Shown piece after piece: positions 1 through 11,239 of a stretch of DNA of 64,000 nt. Every line of letters starts with the position of its first letter. Positions within the stretch are counted from its first letter, which is position 1. Made by a program: the position numbers and the translations under genes. Below the pieces are notes generated by a model that was not told where the DNA came from, made no database searches, and worked only from the letters and a program-made list of their open reading frames with translations. Source of the stretch: Scyliorhinus canicula (lineage: Eukaryota); assembly GCF_902713615.1 (NCBI RefSeq), contig NC_052146.1, positions 69,521,238 to 69,585,237 of the forward strand, read 5' to 3'.

Positions 1-227
1 AGAGATAGTATTTTGATGGCAGAGAGAACAGCAGTACACCTGCTTGGTCTGACTTCAGCTCCAGCACTGAAAACGAAACTAAAACACACCCTGCAGCAAA
101 CAGCCTAAAATGAAAATAAAAAGCTGACAGACATCCCAGCTCCACCCACACTCTGACATCACTGACAAACACCAATTTCTTAAAGGTACATTTCTTAAAC
201 ACCCATTTCTTAACGGTACTTTCACAT
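1..227. mobile_element. Probable end of an LTR-like repeat
   Basis: Resembles 33421-33587 (aaaatgaaa..ctgacag..cagctcca.ccaca..tgacatc). The family is not identifiable by eye. Confidence 0.35.
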
Positions 228-514
228 GAGAGCGGTGTTACAGTGGTTTGGGATTGGACCACGATTTGTGGAGTGGGTACGGTTTGTTTAGCTTAAGGCG
301 AGTGCCCGTCCAAATAACATGAGTTTGGGATATTTTTCTCTGCATTTCTCTCCCTTCTGTTATTTACACCAGAGATTGAGCCTTTGGCCATCGCATCGAG
401 TTTGGGTGTGTGAAATGGAATAGTGCAGAGGGGGGAGGGGATGAAACATAGGGTGTCTTTATGCGCGGATGATTTATTATTGTCCGTGTCAGAGCCGACT
501 ACGTCGATACGTTT

Positions 515-843
515 GGGGCCTCACGGTAGCATGGTGGTTAGCATCAATGCTTCACAGCTCCAGGGTCCCAGGTTCGATTCCCGGCTGGGTCACTGTCTGT
601 GTGGAGTCTGCACGTCCTCCCCGTGTGTGCGTGGGTTTCCTCCGGGTGCTCCGGTTTCCTCCCACAGTCCAAAGATGTGCGGGTTAGGTGGATTGGCCAT
701 GCTAAATTGCCCGTAGTGTAAGGTTAATGGGGGGATTGTTGGGTTACAGGTATAGGGTGGATACGTGGGTTTGAGTAGGGTGATCATTGTTCGGCACAAC
801 ATTGAGGGCCGAAGGGCCTGTTCTGTGCTGTACTGTTCTATAT
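515..843 (+). mobile_element. HE1-type tRNA-derived V-SINE with CR1-derived tail (young subfamily)
   Basis: Contains A/B-box-like head (tagcatggtggttagc..ggttcgattccc), V-core (ttaggtggattggccatgctaaattgccc) and CR1 3' hairpin gggccgaagggcc plus gttctat. Confidence 0.9.
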
Positions 844-1180
844 CGGTGCAGACTGGAGCTGCTCCGAGCATTTGTGTCCTTTTCGTGGTACAAGTTAAAT
901 TTGGTCAAGAATGAATACTTTGGGGTGTCCAAGCCGGTTGGGGGCAGGAGTGAAGGGGGCTGCTATTCCGTCGGGCGACGACCCACTTTAGATATCTGGT
1001 GGTGGATGTGGGGCGGGTCTGGGGGGGGGGGGGGGGGGCTCCGTAGGTACAATTTTCCTAGTTTGGTAGGGAAGGTGAACGCGGACATGGGAAGATGGAA
1101 TGGTCTTCTCTGTCGCTGGCAAGTTGGATGCAGGTGATTAAAATTAATTTGTTTCCGCGTTATTTGTTGATATTTCAGTG

Positions 1181-1946
1181 GATTGGATTGGATTGGATTT
1201 GTTTATTGTCACGTGTACTGAGGTACAGTGAAAAGTATTTTTCTGCGAGCAGCTCAACAGATCATTCAGTACATGGGAAGAAAAGGGAATTAAACAAAAT
1301 TCAAGAAAATACAAGGAAATACATAATAGGCCAACACAAGATATACAATGTAACTACATAGCATTGGCATTGGATGGAGCATACAGGGTGTAGTGTTAAT
1401 GAGGTCAGTCAATAAGAGGGTCATTTAGGAGTCTGGTGACAGTGGGGAAGAAGCTGCTTTTGAGTCTGTTCATGAGTGTTCTCAGACTTCTGTATCTCCT
1501 GCCTGATGGAAGAAGTTGGAAAAGTGAGTAAGCCGGGTGGGAGGGATCCTTGATTATGCTGCCCGCTTTCCCCCAGCAGCGGGAGGTGTAGATGGAGTCC
1601 ATGGATGGGAGGCAGGTTCATGTGATGGACTGGGTGGTATTCACGACTCTCTGAAGTTCATTGCGTTCCTGGGCCGAGCAGTTGCCATACCAGACTGTGA
1701 TGCAGCCCGATCGGATGCTTTTTATGGTGCATCTGTAAATGTTGGTAAGGGTTAAGGTGGACATGCCGAATTTCCTTAGTTTCCTGAGGAAATACAGGCG
1801 CTGTTGTGCTTTCTTGCTGATAGCGTCGACGTGCGTGGACCAGGACAAATTTTTGGTGACGTGCACCCCAAGGAATTTGAAACTGCTAACCATCTCCACC
1901 TCGGCCCCGTTGATGCTGACAGGGGTGTGTACAGTACTTTGCAGTA
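1181..1946 (-). mobile_element. 5'-truncated Rex1/Babar LINE 3' end
   Basis: ORFs read VSSFKFLGVHVTKNLSWSTHVDAISKKAQQRLYFLRKLRKF..ITVWYG and IIKDPSHPAYSLFQLLPSGRRYRSL..RLKSSFFP. A (ATCCA)n tail is present, and cagtg is duplicated at 1176-1180 and 1947-1951. Confidence 0.85.
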
Positions 1947-2632
1947 CAGTGTCTGCCTATCTTTTGACCAAATGCATCTTTTAAGGAGGTGGAGAAGATG
2001 ATTACCTTGCTTATTTCTGGATGACAGGTGGCTAGGAGTACGAAAGTACTTCTGCAGAGAAGACGGCAGACAGGGTCTGGAGGCAGGTGAAGCAGTTCTT
2101 TGAGTTATCGGCGGGATCAAGAGAGATGCCGATTAGGGAACCCGTAGGTTTAAGCCAGGGAAGTGAGTTGGGAGATTGCCTAGATGGGAGGAGATGGGAG
2201 TTAGGGCATTAAAGGATTTGTTTCTGGGGGGGGCTGTATTATGAAGCTGGAAGATTTGGGGCAGAAATATGGACTGGGGCAGATGCAGGTATTTAGATAT
2301 GTGCAGGTCCGGGATTTTGCCAGGAAGGAGGTTCAGAGCTTCCTGATAGCATTGTTGGAAGAGGTGTTGGCGACAGGGGGAATGGAGAAGGGGGTGGTGT
2401 AGGTGATTTATGAGGGATTCTGGGGGAGGACAATATATCATTGGAGGGGAATAAAGCGAAGTGAGAGGAAGAGTTGGGGGAGGGTATGGAGGATGTGCTG
2501 TGGTGTGAAGTGCTCCAGAGGACAAACACATCAAACTCGTGTGGGAGATTGGGGCTGATACAATTGAAGGTGATATACAGGTGCTCCTCATGAGGGCGTG
2601 GATGGTCTGACTCTTTGAGGGGGTGGAGGTTA

Positions 2633-2966
2633 CATAGAACATAGAACATACAGTGCAGAGGGAGGTCATTCGGCCCATCGAGGCTGCACCCATCCACTTA
2701 AGCCCTTATTTCCACCCTATCCCATTAACCCAATAACCCCTCCTGAACTTTTTGGTCACTAAGGGCAATTTATCATGGCCACTCCACCTAACCTGCACGT
2801 TTTTGGACTGTGGATGTGGGAGGAAAGTTGAGCACCTGGAGGAAACCCACGCAGACACCGTGAGAATGTGCAGACTCTGCACAGACAGTGACCCAGCAGG
2901 GAATCGAACCTGGGACCCAGGCGCTGTGAAGCCACAGTGCTATCCACTTGCGCTACCGTGCTGCCC
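2633..2966 (-). mobile_element. HE1-type SINE with CR1 tail
   Basis: (catagaa)n tail, V-core and tRNA-like head on the minus strand. The L1 reading continues across the insertion. Confidence 0.85.
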
Positions 2967-3058
2967 TAAATGTGTGTGAACACAGTGGGAGGAATCCTGC
3001 AAGCCACTTTCAGATTCTTTGCTCCTGTGTGAAACGGGAGGTGTATTGGAGGGAGGTC

Positions 3059-3832
3059 TGTGGCCATGTAAAATGGCCACCCACAAAGGATGATGGGAAT
3101 TGTGGCCAGGTTAGGGCACAGACAAGCAACACTTGTGTGTATTTGCAAACAACAACCCAGACCTATACAGAAACTCACACGTACTGGAGGTCACCTGCTG
3201 ATCTCCCCAGGACAATGGGCCTCAGACTCAAACATAATATTAGTAGCAGACTCGGGGTGCCCATTCACTTTATTTGCGAATGCTTACGCGCCTTGGACAA
3301 TAACAACTAGTACCCGCCCAGCCATCGAGGTACCCACCCCTAATTGGCCAGAACCAATTAGGGTGATTGAAATCCTATCGATCCATTGGATCCCTACCTG
3401 GGACCACCCAAAAGAGTGTGAAAGATCGCAGGATAAGAACTGTGTGGCCAATGCTCTGCTTCCCTTGGGACTGGCTTCTATCTACCAACTTCAGCATACC
3501 GACCATCCAAGTTCAAGGACCCGCAATGTTCACCTGAAGGACGGACCTCAACCTAGATGAACCAGACAACTTTCAGCCGCCAAACACAGGGAACCAGATA
3601 AAGGCCTTATCTAACCTGCACAGAGCCGGTCACTTGAAAGTTAAATAAAGGTAATTTAAACTGCTCGATATAATCCAATATGTAGTAGCTTGTAAGTTAT
3701 CAGGTATAGAACCAATCTGATGTTTGATAATAAACTATAATTGTACTAAAATACTTGTGGGGTCATTTGTCGAATACATGGAACTCATTCACATATTGTG
3801 GTTATTAATAGTAATAAAGATAGAAGTCAACA
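3059..3832 (+). repeat. 5' LTR (774 bp)
   Basis: Runs TGTGGCCATG to GTCAACA, is colinear with 11240-12020, and has AATAAA near its 3' end. Confidence 0.9.
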
Positions 3833-4352
3833 AATTGTTGACTTGACTAGAAGTGGCTTTGTTACTCCAGAAGATCCCACAACATTGATTAAATTGGTAA
3901 TGGGAAAAAATGAACCACAAGTGCGAGTTCCCGAATTTCAGAAGTGTGTACTAACTGCTTTCTAAACTAACAGGGAAGGATGGTGTAAACTCTGAAGCTG
4001 TGCTCGCAAATCCAGAGGAAGTCTGAACTGGAACAAAGCCATAAGCCATACCCGTTGTTCAGTTGACTGCCTATCTCCTTTTTCCAAATTAAATTGTGAG
4101 GAAATGGCAGCGCAATTGTTAGCGAAGAAGATGAATCCACAGCAAACTGAAGTAGAGGTAGTCGACATGTCAGAGAAGTGTTCCGTATGGGAGGATGTAC
4201 TGCGGAAATACATAAAGTGGAAATGATGGCTCCTGTGGGCAACTTTTTGTATGAACACCGAGTCAGGTCCAGGGAAGTTAGGACGAACTTGGTAGGATGA
4301 TTTATGCAAGATTTACAAGTAGAATGTGGCAACGTTTAAAAAGCCAATGGCC

Positions 4353-4576
4353 GGGGCAGCACGGTGGCCTAGTGGTTAGCACAACCGCCTCACGGCGCTG
4401 AGGTCCCAGGTTCGATCCCGGCTCTGGGTCACTGTCCGTGTGGAGTTTGCACGTTCTCCCCGTATCTGCGTGGGTTTCACCCCCACAACCCAAAAATGTG
4501 CAGAGTAGGTGGATTGGCCACGCTAAATTGCCCCTTAATTGGAAAAAATAATTGGGTAATCTAAATTTATAAAAAA
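4353..4576 (+). mobile_element. V-SINE with poly-A tail and 15-bp TSD
   Basis: TSD aaaaagccaatggcc at 4338-4352 and 4577-4591. The insertion site reads TTT/AAAA. Confidence 0.9.
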
Positions 4577-5176
4577 AAAAAGCCAATGGCCGAAGTTTGC
4601 TGCTTGGCTCAGTTAAGAGGAACTGAGGAGGTCTTGGAGATGCTCCACTTTCAGTTAATGGAGAAGGAGGAGGAGAGTACGAAAAATTATGAGAAACACC
4701 TGGAGAAATTAGCCGCAAAGGACAGGGAAATCGTGGATGTTAAACGTGTCCACTAGTTCAGTATAATCCATTTTAGCTGCTTCCAAACCCAGTACAACAA
4801 GGCCGACCAGGACACACATGTGCTAGAGATTAAATGTGCCAATCTACAGGCAGCTTTAAGAGCACTCCACCAGTCAACTAAGGAGCAAAGGCAAACTACC
4901 GCTGACCACATCAAGTGCCAGGGAGAAATAGGGAAATTACATTCATTGCTTTCAGTTCAAGAGGCATTTATGCGTACCTTCGGGACAGTAGGGACAGAGG
5001 AAGAAGAGATGGATGATTGGGAGGAGTTACAGGAAAATGCTCAAATGTATGGAATAAGATCAGAAAGTCGAAAGCAACCACCACCAACTACCACCAACCC
5101 CAGTAATAAATGCACCAGCTGCACCAGCAGCCCCGACTGCACAGGTCACACCAACGCCAGTGAGTAGTGAAACTGC

Positions 5177-6713
5177 TCTCTCTTAAATCCTTATTCTCCT
5201 CCTCAACTTCGCTCACATCTACCTCACTATTTCTGTCTCTCTCCTCAATCTCTCTATGGAGCATCCTAATGACCTCCTCTGTGCCTCGCAATTGTGCCAA
5301 GCAGGACACGATTGCCATTGGCTTGTGAGGTTGCCCTAAGCTCTTCTTGTGGATCTCTGACAGGATCTCCCACCAAGTATGTCCTATACTCCGGGGACCG
5401 GTTTGGTCATTGGTGCAGAATTCATTCCAAAGGGGCCATCCTTTCCCTTTCAGATATTTTCTGATCTCACCTTCCCATACGGGACACTGTCCTACTCTAC
5501 TGGTAGCTTCGACCTCGAATTCCTGGGGGTTCATAAGACATTCCATTGCCTTCATTGCCATCTTCTCAATCTAGGTTCTCTACTAAATTTGGAACAGGGG
5601 GTGATAAAGTCGTGATGTAAACACAGGTACGGCTTATGCTATTTTCCGGCCCACAAAACTCCCGACAGTTTTACACAACAAAATCTCTCAGGTTTATCTT
5701 ATATCCCTGTTAGTACGCATGCATTAACACACTTCCAAATCTCAGAGGCTTGATCGGTATTGTTCAAACGCTTGTGGTTTTTCTGTTTCTCATTGGATTC
5801 TCAATTCAAATTTGGGTTCTCTCAGAGTGGTTAAGCCACTGCTAAGTCGAATCTCGTCAGATGACACCAGTAAATGTTGCTCGTTGTGTGCTCTCTTTAA
5901 TTGGCTCTGTTTATGGCGGTTAATATGGTCACCTTCCTTAATTCTAATTACGTTTGCTCAAGAGTCGCCAGGTATCTTTCGATACCACCACAAGGTTCAA
6001 AACCGAATACTGATCAAAGACTCGATACAGCAGTTAGTGAGTTCAAAATCAATGATCATTTATTTACACAGACAGTTAATTATACTCATGCACAAACTCT
6101 ACCAACTAAATATCACTACTAGTAAAGCCTCTACTTAGCATCCGGCGCCCACTCAGTCAGAGCAACAATGGCTGTTGTCCGGTTCTGAGGCTGCTGTTGT
6201 CGAGCTGGTATGAAATGGTAGCTACGAGCGTCTATCTTATAGCGTGCGTTGACTTTGGACTTTGGACTTACCTGTTCTGGTGCAGGTCTCTCATCACTAA
6301 GAGCCAAGGCCAAGAGAGCGATTCACTCTTGGGGGCTTCTTCTTATACCCAAAGGGGGCTTCACGCTCTTTTGGGCGAGCCTTTAACTTGGTCCCAATTA
6401 ATTGGACCGTCTCTTGATCATTGGTTTCGATTGCTGGGCGGGTCCTCGGTGGCCATTGGTCTGCTTTGTTATAGTCTCCTCTGCTGCCAGGGTGTCTGCT
6501 TTAGCATCGTTTACCTAAATGTTACTCTTTTGTCCCCGGAGATGGCTCATTAATATGGTAATGGCTTTGCAGTACCGGTCTTGTCTGGGAGCTACTGCGC
6601 CAATCAACAGACAACCTTGCACCTGCTTGCTTTCTCAGCATTGTCCATTTTCCCTGCATTCTTTGCAAAGTGTCCATTTTGTCATCGGGACATGGCCAAC
6701 CCAGTTGGCTACA
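5177..6713 (-). mobile_element. Inverted 5' fragment of a related LTR element (LTR about 6713-5971, PBS-like tggcgactc, leader, gag N-terminus 5561-5177)
   Basis: Starts TGTAGCC at 6713. The minus ORF MAMKAMECLMNPQEFEVE..KPMAIVSCLAQLRGTEEV is homologous to the host gag N-terminus. It is flanked by a 19/20-bp direct duplication. Confidence 0.8.
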
Positions 6714-7076
6714 CCAGTTAGTAGTGAAACTGCCCCGGCACCCATGAATCCGGTCACTCCAGAAAGAAGAATAGGGGATACTGCAGGTTCTGCTATTACC
6801 TACACCACCCCACTCATGGTAACCCAGTTAAGGGACGTGTGTAACAAAAGTATAACATTTGAGCCCACTGTGGACCCGTCATTGCTTCTTTGAAGAGGTT
6901 AACCAACGAAAAAAATTGGCACAGTTTAGATGAAAGGGAAGAGGTTAAATTTATAGTTTTGAGCCTTGGCCAATCCATATGGTCAGCTCTACCTGCGCCC
7001 CAAAATGTAGGAGGGGGACCCTAGAAAAAATGAAGGATGCCATATTAACTGCACTCGGTTATAATAGAGGGGATTC

Positions 7077-7619
7077 ATAAGAACATAAGAACTAGGAACA
7101 GGAGCAGTACCTCTGGGCCTTCGAGCATGCTCCGCCATTCAATTAGATCATGGCTGATCTTTTGTGGGACTCAGCTCCACTTTCCACCCAAACGCCATAA
7201 CCCTTTATTCCTTTATTCTTCAAAAAACTATCTATATTTATCCTGAAGACATTTAATGAAGGAGCCTCAACTGCTTCACTGGGCAGGGAATTCAATAGAT
7301 TCTCAACCCTTTGAGTGAAGACGTTCCTCCTAAACTCAGTCCTAAATCTATTTCCCCTTATCTCGAGGTTATGCCCCCTAGTTCTGCTTTCACCCGCCAG
7401 TGGAAACAACATGCCCATATCTATCCTATCTATTCCCTTCATAATTTCATATGTTTCTATAAGATCCCACCACCCCACCCGCCCCTGCATCCTTCTAGAT
7501 TCCAACGAGTACAGTCCCAGTCTAGTCAACCTCTCCTCGTAATCTAACCCTCTCAACTCTGGGATTAACAGAGTGAATCTCCTCTGCACATCCTCCAGCG
7601 CCAGTGCGTCCTTTCTCAG
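7077..7619 (-). mobile_element. CR1 LINE 3' fragment
   Basis: Reads QRRFTLLIPELRGLDYEERLTRLGLYSLE..TRGHNLEIRG..FTQRVENL, with an (ataaga)n tail. Confidence 0.9.
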
Positions 7620-8400
7620 GTTTTAAATATGTTCTGGTTGTCATGGATACATTTACTAAATGGGTAGAAGCCTTTCCCACCCGCACAAACACAAAAATAA
7701 GCTACAGCTAAATTCCTGACCCATCAAATTTTCACGTGCTGGGGTCTTCCACGCAGCATTAGCTCAAATGAAGGGACCAACTTCACCAGCAGGGTAATGC
7801 AAAATGTAATGGCTATCTTTGGGATCAAACAGAATTTCTACATCTCCTACCATCTAGTGGAACAGTCGAGCACATTAATCGCACTTTAAAATCGATGATC
7901 AGGAAGACAGTGCAGCAAAACAACACTACTTGGGACACAGTAGTTCCCTTCACCTTTGTGTTCATTAGGAACACGATTCCAAGCTCCACAGGCTTTACCC
8001 CTCACACACTTATGACTGGGAGTTCCATGAAAGGAATTGAGTATTTGTTAGGGCTTGATTTGGCCAACCCTGCAATGACTGCTCTCACACATGAAAAAGC
8101 AGTGCAACAGATTACAGAGAACATTAAACAGCACAACTGGCTGATGCTGTCCGGCTTGGCACTAGGGAAAGGCAGAGTAAAGCCTACTTTGACAAAACCT
8201 CCACCCCATAGAATATACAGTCGGTCAGCAAGTTATGATCTCGCTGTCCAACCCAAGCTCCTTCCTATCACCTAAATTCGAAGGCCCCTACACCATTTCA
8301 GACAAAGTAAGCCCCTCTGTTTACAAGATAGCATGCCGTAATGGCAAGACTGGTTGGGTCCACATCAATCAACTCAAAAGTATGGAGTCCAATGTAACCA
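7620..8400 (+). pseudogene. Integrase core and GPY/F module remnant
   Basis: Reads FKYVLVVMDTFTKWVEAFP..WGLPRSISSNEGTNFT..SGTVEHINRTLK..TGFTPHTLMTG..SPKFEGPYTISDKVSPSVYKI. It contains frameshifts. Confidence 0.85.
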
Positions 8401-10103
8401 GGCCTACCACGGCACCTTGGCAATGGGAGATGACGACGCCCCGCCCACTGACCAATCACTCCCCCCTCATGACAACACCCTTCCCTTTGCCCCGCCCAGA
8501 CCTACTGGCGCATTCTTTAATTTGACTCAGATTATCTTGATAGCAACCCGAGCGGCTGATTTACCCTTTCTGAAGACAGCGACTCTACCGACCTGATTAT
8601 CCTTTCTGAGGATAGCGACACTGGCGACCCACTTGAAACAGGGGACTTGCTTGACTTTTCTCAAGACAGCAACATGGTTTCCTAAGGCCCCATGGCTGAC
8701 TGGTGCACATCACCGATTTTTCCTCACTCCCCGAGTAGCTTTGCTTCCAGCCCCCCGATCCAAGACCATCTACTTCGCCAAACCCCCAACACTCCGCTAT
8801 GGTACCGTGACCGTACTCACGGATTGGTAAGAACAGACGGATCAGATGACTCACAGAACCACATAGCTAACGACCTGAGTAATGTTGTCAATCTGCAGAC
8901 ACGCGTCTGGCGACCAGGGGAGGCAGATATTTCAATGAATGAGTCTCTTCTTGGGATTTTAACAGAACAGTTGAGGCATGCTATATTCTAAGCAAATATC
9001 TGAGGTGTCCAGATGATGAGAAGCGGACGCCGACTAAGAATTAAGGTGTCCAATTTATCATGGAGCTTGCCTTCCTACCTCTTCTTCTTCGATTTTCTAT
9101 TTTCACGCCATGGTTTTCACTCATGTCGGCAAAATGCCACTTGTACAAGTACACCACTGAATTAACAATACAGTAGGCCACGGCCACTTTGCCAGCTTTA
9201 CTGTCTTACAGTACAACGCCGAATTAAAATAAAACCGACCTCACATGATTACTAATTCTTCCTGTTCTTTACGGTCACTCAGGTAGAGAGACACAGCACT
9301 ATCCCAACCTGGGGACTCCAGAATGGTCAGGTAATGCTCGGGTAACGGGGAAACGGCATTTCCCCAACCCTACCCGCGGATTCCACATATTCGCCATCAG
9401 CATCAGCGGACCATATGCACCTCATGGCATCTTCATATTATCTGGAATGGCTTTCCACACGCTACATAGACCTGGGCAGTCTTAATCTTCTCTTCAAGCC
9501 TGATCTATACTCTCTGATTGGTTGTGGGATTATGAATGTATTTCCTACACTGCTCTGTCCACTCTAAACCCTTGCCTCTTCAACCTTTCCAGACCCCTTT
9601 GGGTCAATCCCACATGCTATTTACACTTAAGGCACAATGGTTGTTGATCACTGTTGCTACAGAAACACGGTCTGCCCTAAAATTCAGCCCTCACAAGGTT
9701 GGAACTTCGCTCTGACGATAAATTCCTCTGTGCTCCCGGGCCGAAACTTTATAAAACTGGCCGTCCTAAAATTTGGCTGGTTAATAAAAGCCCAACCACA
9801 CATGATTGTGATCAAGATAGAGACTGGTCGAAGAAAGTGTCCAACCACTCGAAGCCTCGGCCAGACAGCCTGTGAGAAACGCGCATACTTAATTTCCTGC
9901 ACTTCAATTTGTATTTTTTGTCTCTCTCCTAAACTTATTTAAAACAAAATGGGAGAGTCACACATGATGACAATCAACACAATTATAATTGGTAATTGAA
10001 ATAAGAGAGAAAGAGTAATAAATACAGATGTTAAAAAAAAGATAACAATACGCTACTATGCTTGATTCCCTAGAACTACACGAACGACAGACAAAACCAC
10101 AGG

Positions 10104-10823
10104 ATGAAGCCAGGAACCGTCCTCCTCATCAACATTTTCATCCATTGTTGGAGCCACCGGGCTTGGCTCACAGGAAAATATGACCTCTTTACCCCCAGGG
10201 TGTCTATGGTTTGCACCACCTAGTGTAGGGGAATGTGAGGACGGTACATTATGGATAAACCGCAACATAAGCATCCTGTTTGAGTGTAACAATCAAAGGG
10301 CAATATACAAAAGGCCCAATGGGACCACATCAGAATGCTATATCAGCACAACTTGAAAAGGGGATTGGTGGGAATTTCCAAATGAAGGGTGCCTTGAAAT
10401 TGGATGTTTAGCAGAAGGCCCAGAAAAAGAATTGGGAATTGGGCAAAGATGCCCCGGGGCACACACTAAGGGTAAGTTGGCCTTGTACAAAGTCAGGATA
10501 GGACCTAAGCAGCCCCAAACACCTCCACGCGGCAATCAATAGAAACCGAGACCACCACCTGTCAGGCTATCACTTGACAATTGTTGGAACCGGAGACCGA
10601 GACCCCTAACTGGTGGGAAGATATTAGAAATTGGAACCACAGCCTTCAAAATCACACCCTAATATGCCTCATCTCCCACCTAGCCGAAGTCCTGCTCCTG
10701 ATTGCAGTAATATATATTGGCACCCTCCCATTCCAGCTCCACATGTGGAAGGCAAGAATCACCCACGCACAGATACACACAGTACGAGCTCCCATTTTCG
10801 GAAGACAATCTAGGAAAGCCTGA
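10104..10823 (+). pseudogene. Decayed accessory ORF predicted to encode a type I membrane glycoprotein (about 240 codons)
   Basis: Reconstruction needs two frameshifts and two stops. It has a hydrophobic N-terminus (MKPGTVLLINIF/SIVGATG), a Cys/Trp-containing ectodomain with NMT, NIS and NGT sequons, a TM-like LICLISHLAEVLLLIAVIYIGTL, and a basic tail ending RQSRKA. Confidence 0.5.
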
Positions 10824-11239
10824 AAATGTATACCTCATGAACGAATGGAAACAACCGCTGCGAAAATTAAACATTTGTGCCTTTGTGTTAATGTTAAGGA
10901 TAAGTCGGATGGAATATGATGCTGCTGTTTTAAATTTCGTGTTTTAAATAAGTTCATGAATGTATGAGCAAGCAGCATGAGAGTAGGTTAGCTTAGAAAT
11001 GAACTGTCTTTGAAATGAATTTGATTTAGAAATGCTTTAAATGAATTTAATTTAAAATTAAATTGTAGTTAGTAATGACGTAACCTTTATGAACTGTGTG
11101 TAATAATGAATTAGGTAAAATTGTGTGATGTATTTTTGTTAGAGTAGAGTAGGACGACAGGTGACTGGGGAATGCAGGCAGGTATTGGTTCAAGTCTGCG
11201 ATCCACCACGCATCGCGTTTATGATGAAGAGGATGGCTA

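Larger units (their letters stand above)
4112..7076 (+). pseudogene. gag-like ORF remnant, interrupted by a SINE and by an inverted LTR-gag fragment
   Basis: Reads MAAQLLAKKMNPQQTEVEV..KKPMAEVCCLAQLRGTEEV, then a coiled-coil region, a Pro-rich linker continuing as TPVSSETAPAPMNPV after 6733, and LDEREEVKFIVLSLGQSIWSALP. It has stops and frameshifts. Confidence 0.65.

Noticed and set aside
423-871. Recurrent SINE ORFs (GHCLCGVCTSSP.., MANPPNPHIFGLWEETG..) here and at other SINE copies
   Set aside because: These are spurious frames of HE1/V-SINE copies, and the tRNA-like heads are SINE promoters rather than tRNA genes.
8990-11239. Classical retroviral env gene
   Set aside because: I see no furin site, fusion peptide/CX6CC or ISD motif, and the ORF remnants are too short. 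They are reported as accessory ORFs instead.
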